Origin: Laetmonice hystrix
Lineage: Eukaryota
NCBI GenBank assembly: GCA_965235115.1
Contig: OZ249437.1
Location: forward strand, 51,956,001 to 52,020,000
Reading direction: 5' to 3'
DNA length: 64,000 bases
Every line of letters starts with the position of its first letter. The stretch's first letter is position 1. Shown here piece after piece: positions 10,231-23,350 of the stretch. A program made the translations under genes and the position numbers. Below the pieces are notes generated by a model. It searched no databases. It worked only from the letters and a program-made list of their open reading frames with translations, and was not told where the DNA came from.

Positions 10231-12474
10231 CTGAAGGAGACAATAAACATATACCGTAATTATCATCCTCCGATAGCCTGCGGTGTATATAAAATTATAC
10301 CAGCAGTCATGGAGCAAGGCATCCAGGACCATGACTGATGATGACAGTCGGCAGTGTCATACGACTAAGAATATGTTTTACCTATTTAGCTACGGTCAGG
10401 GTGTCCACAGGCTTTTGCATTTTAAATTGCCTGACTCTTCCCTGACATTTCACCGATTTCCCCTGATTATGTTTTATCAAATGGCCTCATCCGCCCTTAT
10501 AGCAGTCCGATCCGCCCACTTATTCATACAACAGAATACAATTCATAGTAGTAAGAAATCTTTAATATGATTCATATTGGTTCATATAATATCGGTTCTA
10601 GGCCAACGGTTGCCCAATTCCGTTTTGACGTACAGTGTTACCTTGTAAGAAAAGTCCATGACTGTCTCTGCACAGTAATTACACAAAGTGCCCTCTCTAC
10701 ATTTCCTAATAGAACACGTACATTAAAACATTCTACATCACCAGTAGCCTTGCACAACAAATTCTCAGACTTTTCCCTGACTTTAAGGGGTATGGCCCAA
10801 TGCCCCTCTTCCGGTAAATATATCTTTTTGCCGACTTCTGTGCTAATGCTAAAGCATTCAACAACTACCATTGTAGCCAGTCAGTACAAATCCTTATATA
10901 GGTTTGACGTAATCGATATTAAAGTAATAATTTTTAAGTTAAGTGAATCCTTATTTTTAGCCATAATGGGAAGACTAATTTACAACCCAGACATAGAAGG
11001 AAACAGCTATTAAACACATGTTTTTGTGTACGAAAATGGGAAGACCCTTATCCATATCATCATAGACGAAGACTACCAACAAGGTAATGCGCTCTGATAA
11101 ACCGGTCCCCATTCTGCCTGCCGCGTCATCCGTAATCAAACTATCGACGTCACAGAGACACGCCCCGGTAATTGCGCAAAGGCTGAGCTTCTTTTCGGTC
11201 CGTCCTGTCTCAGATCGTTCTCCCCCATGTGCCTGTGAATTCCCCGTTGTGCAATCATGTATTATGTAAGAGCCAGGGAATGAATATGATGATTCAAGAT
11301 TAATATCCAGTCATTGGTGCTGGCATGTCTATGTCAGTATCGCACTGTTGAATTATGGATCATGTTAGGGAAAGACGATCAACTGAGGCGGGACCCCCGA
11401 CCGCCAGCGAAGATGAATCTGCTCTGATGGTTTCTGACGGCTCTCAAACACCCACATCTTTGTTACGGACGGCCGCCAATGTCGGAACAAAAGGCGAGCC
11501 CGGTGAAAGGTACCCGCCGCTATTCCATAAACATCTTCTCTCAGGCTCCTTTATTAGTCGTTAAACACATCGTGACACAATATTTCATACTCCACTACAG
11601 TAATGTCTGTCTACCGTGTATGTATGAGCACCCCTCCTTTTCGATGATTCACAAATAGTCATTTATTATGAGCTGGAAACGCTAGAGTACACTGAAAATC
11701 CTTACTGTTACCATGCAATAGTATCACACTACTTATTTATGGAAACACACAGAACATCCATTACAGACAAATAGCACGCCCCAGTAAATTGAATGTAAAT
11801 ACCTTCTGACTATTCAAATTTATCAGATGTTCAATCCGCACAGCGACATTGGAAACTTGTAAAACTCTGCAAATATTACTTTTACATTTCGTCCGCTTTA
11901 TTACATTGTTTTTTAAAATGTTGGTAATGTTTCACTAGTAATATTTACCTGTCAAAAAGAAAATGAGGACGTGCAGAACAGTGAACTGTAATGGAACTAG
12001 AATAAAAATCCTATTTGATTCGACCTGGGCAAGACCTAACAAACCAACAGTTATTCCTCATCCTTCTATAAAACCACCTAGTTTGCTCATCTCCCACCTA
12101 ATATAAACAAGTGTTATGATCACCGCTCATCAAGTTTCACCACTGATATTTGGTGTGAGGTGTGCAGAAACTGTCTTGGAATACTTACATTGAAGGCATG
12201 TAAGGACAGCGTGTTTTGATTTAATACCGACACGCTTTCAGCGAGATTGTGATGCCTCTAGCACAATGCTGCCTTGGGCTCAATTCATTTGTGAAATGAC
12301 TATGTTGACACCAATGCTTAAGCAGGCTATTTCAACAACACGCGTATTACTTATACCAAAACGACAGATTTTCGCAGATATATTACTTCCACGCTTGCCG
12401 GATCTTCTACACGCAAGCGTCAACGAGAAACAAAAAGATGCTGAACAACGGAAATAAAAACACAAGGTACTTAC

Positions 12475-12519
12475 TTTCCAGAGAGAATGTCGTTCCTTAT
12501 CTGAAGGCATAGCTGGTAT
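12475..12519 (-). CDS. EPB41: Protein 4.1 exon (YQLCLQIRNDILSGK), 45 nt, phase 2/2
   Basis: Acceptor ttcttttacAG and donor GTAAGT. FERM F2 motif YxLCLQxRxDIxxG. Confidence 0.93.
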
Positions 12520-13489
12520 CTGTAAAAGAAGAAAATGAAGGCATCAGTAACATTATTTTTATAAATTTGAATCCGCCTTTCATTCAAGGTTCGCACACAA
12601 AACAAAGCAGCTAATATTTCAATGGTATAACTTTCTGTTTTTAACATTCCCTGACATATTCCTTCGCGGTTTGTGACGGTGAAAGTATATTTTACAACTG
12701 CACATCATATAATACAACAAAATAGTGTGGTGGCTGATAAGTACACAAAGCTGGCTAACTGTAGTTGCTCTGTGATTTAGCCTATACCTTGGTATACTTC
12801 AGGTGATAAAACCTCTTTCCCATTATTTTCTGAATTTCTCCCGTTAAAATCTACTGGGCCATACATCCCCTCAGGTTTTCATTCCAGCGAGGCTGGTCCA
12901 TCTCTCTAGTCTAGTCTTTAGTTGTGTAAGCGGCCATGACGAGTGAGGCCGTCACGACCACACCTGCACCACCTGGCGGGGGATCCCGTCCCACTATCCA
13001 ATCACAGCCACTCCTAGCGGCAGGTTACCCACCGCGACACCCACCAGGGGGCGCCCCACTCGGACGGTTAGTATCGATCCGGCCGCTGCACGCCGCCACT
13101 TGTAATAGCGTTGACATCCACCTTTGGTCCGTACGTCAGTGTACGACAGGTTACATTTAGAAAGTTACGGTCGCCAAAGAAGGAGATGCCTTCAAGTGTT
13201 CACGAAGTGGGAGTAAGGTGCAGAGAAAGCGTGTCGGTGGTTGCTATTCTATGTTGTGCTCCGAGAGACCAACTTCGTCTGCGTACTCAAGGGCGTGTAT
13301 CCACCAGGCGTTCACTTATCTAACCCTAATTATACAGGAAATTTCACCAACGACGAACGATTCATCTACGTCTGATGAATTAGAAAGCTTCAGATTGAAC
13401 CATGTGCTATATAAAACGAATATCTTTCAATGGCCTATCAAACTGCTTAGACTGGTGGCAGTTATTGTATTGTATTGAGTTAATCCATT

Positions 13490-13765
13490 CATTCTTGGAC
13501 ACAAATATTATACCAGAATACAGTCCAGCTATTGTCCCAACCCAAACCATTCCTGGACACACATCTTTTAACTCCATACACCAGCCATTGTCCCAACCCA
13601 AACCATTCCTGGACACAAACATTCTAACTGCATACACCAGCCATTGTCCCAACTTAAACCATTCCTGGACACAAACATTCTAACTGCATACACCAGCCAT
13701 TGTCCCAACCCCAACCATTCCTGGACACACATCTTCTAACTGCATACACCATCCAGTCATTGTCC
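13490..13765 (+). repeat. 56-bp minisatellite, about 5 copies
   Basis: Unit accattcctggacacaaacattctaactgcatacaccagccattgtcccaacccaa starts at 13546, 13602, 13658 and 13714, with a diverged copy at 13490. Confidence 0.95.
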
Positions 13766-15555
13766 TGTCTATAACCAATATTACTATTATTGGTGACACA
13801 CATTCCTACTACGAGTCATTTCATATGAATTCCCAGATCATTAGAGTAACCTGGTCACCTTTCTCGCTCTATGAGTCTGAACGGAGAAGTGGAGATTGTG
13901 CTAGACGGTCATTATGTTCCAGACGATCTCATCTTCACTCGGGGCCTGTGTCCCCATTAACACAACAATGCTAGGCGAGAATTCCATCGCGCCCATTACA
14001 TAAGTGCAGCAGATAAAACCCGATGGTACGGGTGCCCATTAACAATCCTAAATATACGCCCATGCTGAACAGCGCAGACATTCCCATTAATTCTCCTCTT
14101 AATCCACTTCACGATCTCTTTGCAGTAAAACCAGTTTTTATTGCCACAGCTTCCATACGATTCCTGTTTTGAAAACAAGATTAAACTTGATGAAAGAGCC
14201 TGAAAAGTTTGCCTATTGTTTCCGAGCAGGGCAGTGATAAAACAATTGGTCTGTTGCACGTTTTGCACTCTTTATGGTTTAATCTTTGCTGACATCCTTC
14301 AACTTTCGGCTTCGGCACTGATCTAATTACACTGTCAATTCAATTAGCTTCAACGCAGATGACCATTAACTTTTTAGTTCAATGCTGAGGAACCCCTTGA
14401 CAAACAATCAAAAAGATGCCAATAATTTCCTCATCAACACATAAATTGAGCCAACATCAAAACCGTGAAACAAAAAATTTACCGGGGCTAAAAAAATGAT
14501 TGCATGAAGAACAAATTACACCACTGAAAATAATACAAAGACTAAGTACATTTTAAGAACTCGTAAGTACTTTTAAGTCCAAATTTGAGCCGCAGTCTAG
14601 TTCCGCCCAAACACCATACCATGCTAACTTCCAAGTCCTTCTACAGTTACGATGAATACTGTTTTGGGTTGACTAACTGCTTTCTCTGTGAGCCATGGAC
14701 TTTCCTTTGCCTTCAGTGGTAGTAACATTTGATTCCAGAAATCTTGCTTCATAAATAGCTAGTCAGGAAGTGACTTCGTTCCTATAGCGGGGAAATCTAA
14801 GAAAATTCCTCCTAGTCAATATCAGCTTCCCGACACAATCCAGAGGACATTGAACGAAGAATAAAAAGTTTTACGGCCAAGCCTCACGCCGACTAGTGAC
14901 CACTGAGTGAGACACAGAGAGCACGTCTTGTCTTAAGTCACCACTCACCAAGGATCCCGGGTAGAATTACTCGAGGCCCGGTCCCATTCAGGGCTAGCTT
15001 GTGTGCAATCACAAGCCTCTATATTAAGGTGCGGTGTGAATGACACAGGAAACCCTCCGATCTGAAAGACGAGCCGGGCGGCAGCTGGTACCAAACCACC
15101 TGTATTATACCAGAAGGTGTGTCCTTTATAACCTGTTCCTAGAGTGGGCGCCACCGGAGGGCCCGCAGGATGTCATCAATCAATCCAACCTTGGTCACAC
15201 CGTCCGTGTTACCGTCGTGAGCGGCACCGACTCCAACGTTATAGGTCTCCTTCCCAACTTAGACGGTTTGTCAGGTCAGAATGTATCAATCCTGTACTTC
15301 ATTGGAATGAACTATCCTTCTGTAGCTCCTCAAGTCATAAGAATTTAAATCAATGATACCCGAACGAGTCTTATCTATTCCTTTCCATCATTTCATTGGT
15401 ATTTAGACTGGCATCCAAAGGACCTCAAAGGGTCATTGGGGGGGGGGGGCGAATCAAATTGGTATATATCCCGACAGCTTTGCTATTTATTGTTTGGTTT
15501 TGAGTAGCAGAGAAATGTCGAGACGCGCGTGGTTTGAATGGAGGATTCTGCTTAC

Positions 15556-15631
15556 CTTGTGATGTCCTCCTGCAGCTGGGCTGGGTCTGGGGGGTAGAAC
15601 TTGACCTCGAAACCGAATACCCACGGCCCAC
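15556..15631 (-). CDS. EPB41: Protein 4.1 exon ((S)[25 protein letters not shown]), 76 nt, phase 1/2
   Basis: Acceptor gtgtgttccAG and donor GTAAGC. Contains the canonical [17 protein letters not shown] motif. Confidence 0.95.
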
Positions 15632-16740
15632 CTGGAACACACAAACAGCTCTCGGTCTTAGTACAAGGTTGGTTAACAGTCTACACCTTTCACATTCTTC
15701 AATAACCAATATGATATCAAGGTAATTTCCTTAAAGGCCATTGGAAAAATGCCCAACATTAGGAACTGCCTACTTATCACCATCCTGCATACAATCCCCA
15801 TTTTCGTGTACTACTTATGTCAACCCCCGCGACGCCAGACTAAGCGGTATATGTATATTTAAAACGATTCCTTGAGTACTTCGTCATTAACCATTAAGTA
15901 CATCTCAGCATGACCATGGGCCATCCTACGGGATGTGCGGACAAATGCAGCACTCCGAAGGTGACCTTAAATAACCCAAGCTGGAGGAGTTGGCGGCCGC
16001 GGGGCTGAAGGCTGTCTGTAAATGGCAGTGACCGTGTGTATCTGGGGCTTACAGCAGGCCGTCAACGCCTGGCTCATGTCTCCACCCTGGCCATTCTGTA
16101 CCGCTTGGTCTCCCGCCACGCCCCGGTATGGTGGTCAGCAAATAACGACACGTCCGGCTGACCTGTCCACCCGCTGCCCCTGCCCTCGGCTCCCTCAAAC
16201 CCAGGGATCACCGACGTCGCGTTGCTTTTGGGGCCCCTTTCACACCTTCCCCCGTAAAGCATCGGGTTAATGAGGCAAAAAAGAGGCCCGCGCGCGGAAA
16301 TTGGTTGCGATTGTTGCTCGCCGGGCGGAGTGGTTCATATTGAGGTCTGGCCGCGCCCTGGACTGGCCGGGAACACATTGATCAAAGCCAGCCTGGTGAT
16401 CAGATGATCCCCCCTCGGTCGAGCTCCCACACGGTGGGTGGCGCCGGGCTGGCCCTGCTCATCCCCTACCAACCCCACTGTCAATCATCTCAAATATAAT
16501 GGAGCCCACAGCTTGTTAGTCCAATTCTGGCAACATTTGGCTGTCATGGTAACTAGATCATTACAACCATGTGCCTGACCTCCAACTTACACCCAGTGCC
16601 TCTCCCCCTAATCCTCCTTGTCCTTTACACGGCTGTAAAAATAACACGGCACAGTGGTGCCACCACCACCGCCACCGCCACAACTACCAATGGGGATCAC
16701 GTTCCCACAGCCGGGTTCCTCAGTACTATTGTACAATCCT

Positions 16741-16827
16741 GGGTTCAAATACCACTGGTGCTTTATTCGACTATTTTTACCAGTTTCTTTCTCCAGGTTT
16801 GCTCCTGGTACTCCAGTGTCCTCCTCC
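16741..16827 (+). mobile_element. Eroded tRNA-derived SINE fragment
   Basis: B-box-like gggttcaaatacc, followed by ttctccaggtttgctcctggtactccagtgtcctcc, resembling the common ctccgggtactccggtttcctcc SINE body motif. Confidence 0.45.
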
Positions 16828-19800
16828 AGTCAGTCTGCCTCCTGTTGTGACTCTAGCTGTTGTTGAGACATAATAAACCCATTGGGGGTATACCCTCACA
16901 TGTCCTTTACGTCGACAGGGGGCCCTTCTGTCGTCTTTGGTTGCATTCAAAGTACATTCGACTGACTTAACATACTTTCTGCTGTTACCGGCTTGCTGCC
17001 ACACCACATCAAACGCCACTGGCAAAACATAATGCAATAAACCTATACGAAATATCTTTCCCTTCCCAGCTAGAGATTCGTTTAGTGTGAGAACCTTCTG
17101 GATAACATTTATCAAACTGCCATCGCCCATGGCAACACCCATGTAATGCCGGGTAACCGCACATAACAAAGGGATAGTGGGCGCCATGGCGATTTTACCT
17201 AAATAATCCATTCATTCCAACTTATCTCTATTATTCCACATGAGACGTGCTATTTTGCAGAAGAATACGTACTGAGAATATGCCCACCAATATTCCTCCT
17301 ACCTTTTCAGTAGAACTGGAGGTATTTTATTTAAATTCCCGTGGTGTCCAAGATGAATCGCGTATGTTCGTGTTCACAATGTCCGGACCAGACCTAGGCC
17401 ATGCCCAAGAGACCAATCGTCAATGGTCGTAATCGAATAGCAATCTGTTTTTATCTCGTTTTATCTTTAATTTTATTCTTGTTTCATTCATCAAATCATG
17501 CAGAGTATGTACCTCATGATTAGCGTGTAGCCCCAGTAAATACCCACTTGTTGATTTTACGCCTCGGGATACGGGCTCAAAAGACCCTCTGAATCCCAAA
17601 TCGAATTCCTGTCAACAGCACTCTTATAGTTAACCAATGTGAAACGATGAGCACCAACGGTCAGCCGTGAATATTGACAACTGGCCTGGTGACAACCCGG
17701 CAGGTCATCCACTCTACGTCCTACTGTACACAGACAGGCCCTGTACCTTGGAGGCCGGCGGGATCACTGCATTATCTGCGGACAAGTGCTGCGTGCCTTC
17801 TCCGGTTTCCCAGTACGACCGTAGTACGACAATATATGTGTGGTACCAAGGATTGGCCTGTCATGGGTTCAGACAAACGGACGCCAACCAGGGACGCCAA
17901 GTCCACCTGAGCTCGGTGACGGCCTCACTCAACCACGCACCCACCCACCGGCCTTCCTGCTGCTGGCGTGAAAGGAATGGAGGTCTGCCGGACCTGGATT
18001 CCCTAGTTATGCAGCTCCCAGGTCATCAACTTTGTGGTATACGACAACATAATTAAGGAAATACAAATGGATTTGGGTTAAGGTTAGGATTAGGGATAGA
18101 ATTCAGGGATAGCAGGTCCATCCGACCTGTATTTCAGGGGGACTTGGACATCTTTCACACCGGTACGTAGTATATGCGCCCGATAAATAGCTGCGTACAC
18201 CCAGTGCCTTGTGGGTTCACCAGTGTGTGCAAGCCGATGTGTACACCCATCTCGTGAGTCCCAAGGCTGTGTATAGGAAAACCGACAGCTAGGGCGGCTG
18301 GTCTGACAAACCAAATTATACAACTACAGCTTGTCCATGTACAAGTACAGCAACTGTACATCACTGAACCGCAAGATATTCTGTTGACTGCTTTCATTCC
18401 TTTCCTGGGAGTTCGTTTAAATACCGCCTACACATTTTTAAGTGATTTATTATTACTATTCCAGAATGAAAGCGCGAGTGCTCACAACTTTTCCTCCCCA
18501 GTACAGTTCTATGGATAATCCAATCTACAACATGTCATTTTATTTAAGACCCCCAACCAACAAATGTCCAAAGCTCTTAATCCAATCTCCACAGAGGCTG
18601 CCAGACACTGCAGTAATTTCTGTCTTTCTATTAAATCTTCAGCATCTTGTTTCCGCGGTATGAGGTAGTCCACATCACAGAACGACACGACCATATCAAA
18701 GATGCAGGACCCCCATCCCATCCTACACAAATATACAATACTCTCCTGGCTGTCAATCAACGCTCACTTCCTCATCGTCGGCGACAGTCAGCCTCCAGAC
18801 ATTCCAGCACATACTAATACCCACAAACCGAGTGGAGTGGGAGGGGCAGAGGAAGAGGAATTCAGGGGGTCTCAGAAAGTAGCTTGCCTGTCTCTGCCGG
18901 AAACCCGGCCGGTTTGGCGTGATGCCAGTAATGGTGTACCCAGGCCGGCTGGTCGCCAGCGAGCAGCCACCAATCCTCCGGGATGAGCGTTTCGAGTCAG
19001 TTGGCTGATCAAGGCAGGCAACTCCATCAGTGCTTGGTTTGAAGTTGTCTCTCTCTGAACGGTGCAAGGGCTTAGAGGACTGATTGAACTAAGTCACAGC
19101 AAGCACAACTTCCTTTCTAGGTGTGCTTTGTTGTAGCGACTCTCTATCGGGGCACAGCAGCGGAAGAAGTCGAGCCGACTACTCACGAGGAAACACTAAA
19201 CTGGATGCTTCCTGAAAGGCCTTTACTTTACGGCTACGATTCTCTCCAAACGTTTGGGAAAAGAAGTGGGCACGGGACACATCAAACAGGGACCAAAGAG
19301 GTCATTAACTCGGCGACACTGAGCTGGATGCATGCCTAAAAACTGTCACTGGCATTCTGTATGCCATAGCACCCAAGTGGACTTCCTATATATCCTGCCT
19401 TTAAAGATCCTCTCCAAATGGTAAAAAAAGATCTAAATTACTTCGGCCTGACCACAGCGTCAGACTTTACTAATCAGACTCGAAGTGAGCTAACGGAAAG
19501 CGAATATATAAGAGACAGTTTGACCTCGCTTACAACTCCAAAGACCTTTTCCTTTTGGGTACAAGCAGGTGCTTACAATGATTTACGGACATGTGAACTG
19601 TCATCTGGTTGCTGTCGTAGTAACCTCACCATGCAGTACCAGCGTTCATTCCAGTCGTCCGGCAACCATTCTGCCCGCCCTGCCTCCAACACCCTACTAA
19701 TTAAAATCAATCAAGTTTGGCGACACGTACGCTGGCTGCACATTCCTTACATTGTTGGCAGCTGTTTTTTGAAGGCGTTACGAGTACTAATTGCTTGTCC

Positions 19801-20884
19801 TCGACATTCCCTGTCCACGGACAGCCTTGGCGCCAATGATGGACAACCGATGTCCATCATACACGTTAAACCCTAGCCTCAGCCTCTCTATACATGATCG
19901 ATTCACCTAAGTCAATCCTCCAATCAAAACAATCCCGACCCAAGATTAAGCAGCATTCACTGTGACCCTCCATCACCCAGACCTCTTGAAATAATACTCT
20001 CTGACAATCTCCCTCTTAGAGCTTCCCTTCATATTGATTGTTTAAATCCACTTCCAGCCGACCGCTCGGTTTTGCCAGTCCAGCGTGCCTGATGATCTAT
20101 CAACAGTGAACAGGGGCAGTTGGTGTCCAGGCTGCCTTGAATCCTGCCCACTGAACCTTTCCACTCCTTGAACAGTTTAACAAACTGGACGTGGCATGGC
20201 ACAGCAAAGTGGATTTAGCACTTTGGGTGGAGCTAACATTGGCCTAACTTCATCTGGCTAATCTTTAAGCCGGAATGACAGCCTGGCCCACCACTGTGAC
20301 AGACAGCCGTGGAAGGATGGCGATCGGGAGTCAGAGTTTCTCGGATAGGGATACTGGTAACTGCCCTGCTTGGTGGGCCCGCCATTTGTCACAACCAACT
20401 CAAGCAAACGCCACTGGGCACGGTGTCATCCCTGACATTTGGGCGCTTTTTGTGGGGACCGGGGAAGGTTCTCGTAGTGCTTTCGGTCTTTTAGGTACAG
20501 CTGACCAGGACGTTATTGGCTGGCAAATGACGGCCTTCGGTCCGCATCAATGCTAAGTGAATTAAGCGAACATTGCAGGCCAGGTAGTCTGTTGCTATTG
20601 GTTGGATGAGCAGGAGTAGGTGAGGGGGCTGGGAGGGGCAGGTAATAGGCTGATAGTAAGGGGAAGGCCGGATATCGGTCTTGTCATGAAGACAGGTGAG
20701 GACAGGTATCCGGATCTACCTGCCAACAGGTCTACATGCTCCCTCTGGCTCAGTGTGAACACACAACTCGCCTTCCATTCAGTCCTCATCTCTCCTCATT
20801 CGGCTCTCTTATACCCTTTTCACAGACCCCAGAAAGCGCATTGAACGACATTTTATACTACTTTTTTTATGACCCTGGTTGAGT

Positions 20885-20960
20885 CTGCCATGGACAGCTG
20901 TCCCTGTACACCCGCACTTGTCTCCCATGCAATGTACCCTCAACTTCCTCCACAATTCTG
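20885..20960 (-). pseudogene. Possible degenerate Gypsy-type LTR retrotransposon aspartic-protease remnant
   Basis: VEGTLHGRQVRVYRDSC resembles the VxGxVNGxxVxVLRD(T/S)G protease motif; the catalytic Gly is altered and a stop follows soon after. Confidence 0.35.
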
Positions 20961-23240
20961 AAGACTCCATGCTTCAGTTCATCTCGCATTGAAAACTTAT
21001 ACTTTATCCATTCCGCTTGTCTGCCGGTATGAGACCTATCGAACAGCCGGTACACTACCGGTGTGGTGGCTGATGGTAACTGACGGTGGCTGATGATGGA
21101 CGTACCGGCTGCTACTAGCCACCAGCCAGCCAGGACCCAATACCAGCCATGCTATTTTCGCTCTGTACCTACTCACACCTTGAGTGAGCGAACCTCATCC
21201 TTGCCGCTGTTGTCGCCGCTGTCATGGCACCCAGATCGATCGCCCTCTTCCAAACCCCCCACACCAACCCCGCACACTGGAGGGATTTTAAACATCAACT
21301 TCCAGGCCTTGCCTTTTCCCATCACCCACCTCCTCTATCGACACATTTCCCAAACGAAGCCCTACTTGACGATTTCCGTCCCTGGAAACATTTGGAGTCT
21401 GGAGGTGATTATAAACTGTACCTTTCCATGTCTCCTGATTTTATACCACCGTTCTGCCAAGAGGAGCCGAAGGCCGACTCCTCACATTTATGTCGGAGAG
21501 CACATAACTCTCATCTCCTGGTCTGCCCAACTATCCTCACTCTCCTTTTATGCTTTCATTAATAGACGTAATCTCCTTATGAGGTGGTACCAAGGTTGCC
21601 ATGACAACCAGGTTGTGTAGGGCGGATGGCACTGACACAGAGGTGTGTAAGATGTATAATCCACCGTGCGCGGATGGATCGTGCGCCAGAGACATCAAAC
21701 ATACAGCAGGCACAGCAGTTGTAGCTTTTATTCCTCAGATTGGGTTCCTCCGTATTGACTTATGAAGCCTATAATTAACAAGAAACCATACGCTGCATGA
21801 CAAATTGATTGCACCATTTTACTTCGTATCAAATTTATCAGAGTATTATCGGTAGTTAATAGTATTACTGGTACTATTGCAGCGCATTTAGATGGTTTTA
21901 TGTTTCAGTAAAGCAACCCAAAAGTTTCAGGTCATTAACGACGTTTGTACTAAATATTTGGACCATATTTACACCGGGTCTGCTTAGAAATCTCAAAGAT
22001 TTGACGATTTTTTAAAAATATCCGCAGACCTGGTGATCAAGACTGTACATAGAGGTCGCCAAACGACCGACAAATCAGGTCGATTACTAGAATACCATTT
22101 ACTTGCTACATAACTTTTATAAGTGTAAAAAAAAAATTGATCAGATACGAAGCGACGTTGGCCTCGTATCTATACAGTAGTGTGTCCCTGGCTGACCAGA
22201 TTCCCACTGCCGATTTCTGGCTGATCGTGAACTTCGGTACCTCTGACCGTGGCACGAGGAGGGAGAACAACACGGCTGACATCAACTATCAGAAACCGTC
22301 GTCTCTGGGCAGACTGATTACAAAGTACTCTCAACCACAATCAGGACTCACTGACTGGGCCTTATTTACTGAACCCTCCTGTTCGGCTCACTCACACGGC
22401 CTGCTTCTTCCTGCACCTTGCTCTACGAGATACCCACTTCACCATGGAAACCACGCCCACAGGTTTGGCTCATGTTGAGGGGAGCGCAGTGTAAAAACTC
22501 TCCATATATCTGCGGGAGAACCTTGAGATCCTCTATACAGAGTCTGCTTCCTCAATCCTGCACTTTCTCACAGCATAAACCAGTCTTATTCTCATCAACA
22601 TTTTGAGTCATGTCCCCAAGATGCTGCATGACAACTCCACAGCGAAAACTGCAATAAAATCTCTCCTGAGACAGCCCTGAGCATCAGCCACACACCACAG
22701 CTGCAATCAGACTCATTAAAAGAAGGAATTCAAACGGAGAAAAAGGTTTAAGAGCGATCATCACGGGGATTTTCCGACAGCAGACTCTCGTGATTGACCG
22801 CCAAATCTCACCGAGCTCTGTCTACAACAGTGTACATCGGAGGCCCCCTTTAATTGCTGTTCTCAATGTGCAAGTTCTTGTTAACAATTAAATGTGCGCA
22901 TACTAGTGTTGGAGGAATCCCATGGGCTTCCATGTGAGAACATGTTTAACTGGATATCACTTCCCATGCATGCGACTCTTCCCTGATGGTATAAAGGACT
23001 GGTGGAAATCCTCTCCTGCATGATGAACAAAAGTCGTGAGCAATAATAATTAGAGCAACAACAACTTCAAAGACTGACTAAAAGCATTGGTTGATAATGG
23101 CATCCCGTTACGTAGCTTCCTCCATACTGTTGGAATATGATCCTGTTGCGATACAGGTCTACAGAACCTGCACTGGCACTGTATGAGCAACTGTCTGTAC
23201 AAGTGGCGTGTTCTGGCTGACTGTTGTCCTCACGCAGACC

Positions 23241-23350
23241 GTCGGCTGGCCGGCTGGCCTGGTCGGCTGGCCTGGTCGGCTGGCCTGGTCGGCTGGCCTG
23301 GTCGGCTGGCCTGGTCGGCTGGCCTGGTCGGCTGGCCTGGTCGGCTGGCC
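23241..23350 (+). repeat. GC-rich 13-bp minisatellite (ggctggcctggtc), 7 perfect copies plus partial copies
   Basis: Perfect units span 23252-23342; this explains the repetitive ORFs 23159-23447. Confidence 0.97.

Noticed and set aside
15040-15348. Plus-strand ORF with VTVVSGTDSNVIGLL, vaguely like the VxSxDTDV motif of some transposon proteins
   Set aside because: The motif is too degenerate and nothing flanking supports it.
18072-18094. Telomere-like tttgggttaaggttaggattaggg
   Set aside because: Only about four degenerate units; too short to call an interstitial telomere.
18090-18323. HRLAHTGE resembling a C2H2 zinc-finger linker
   Set aside because: No correctly spaced CxxC...HxxxH finger and no tandem fingers.
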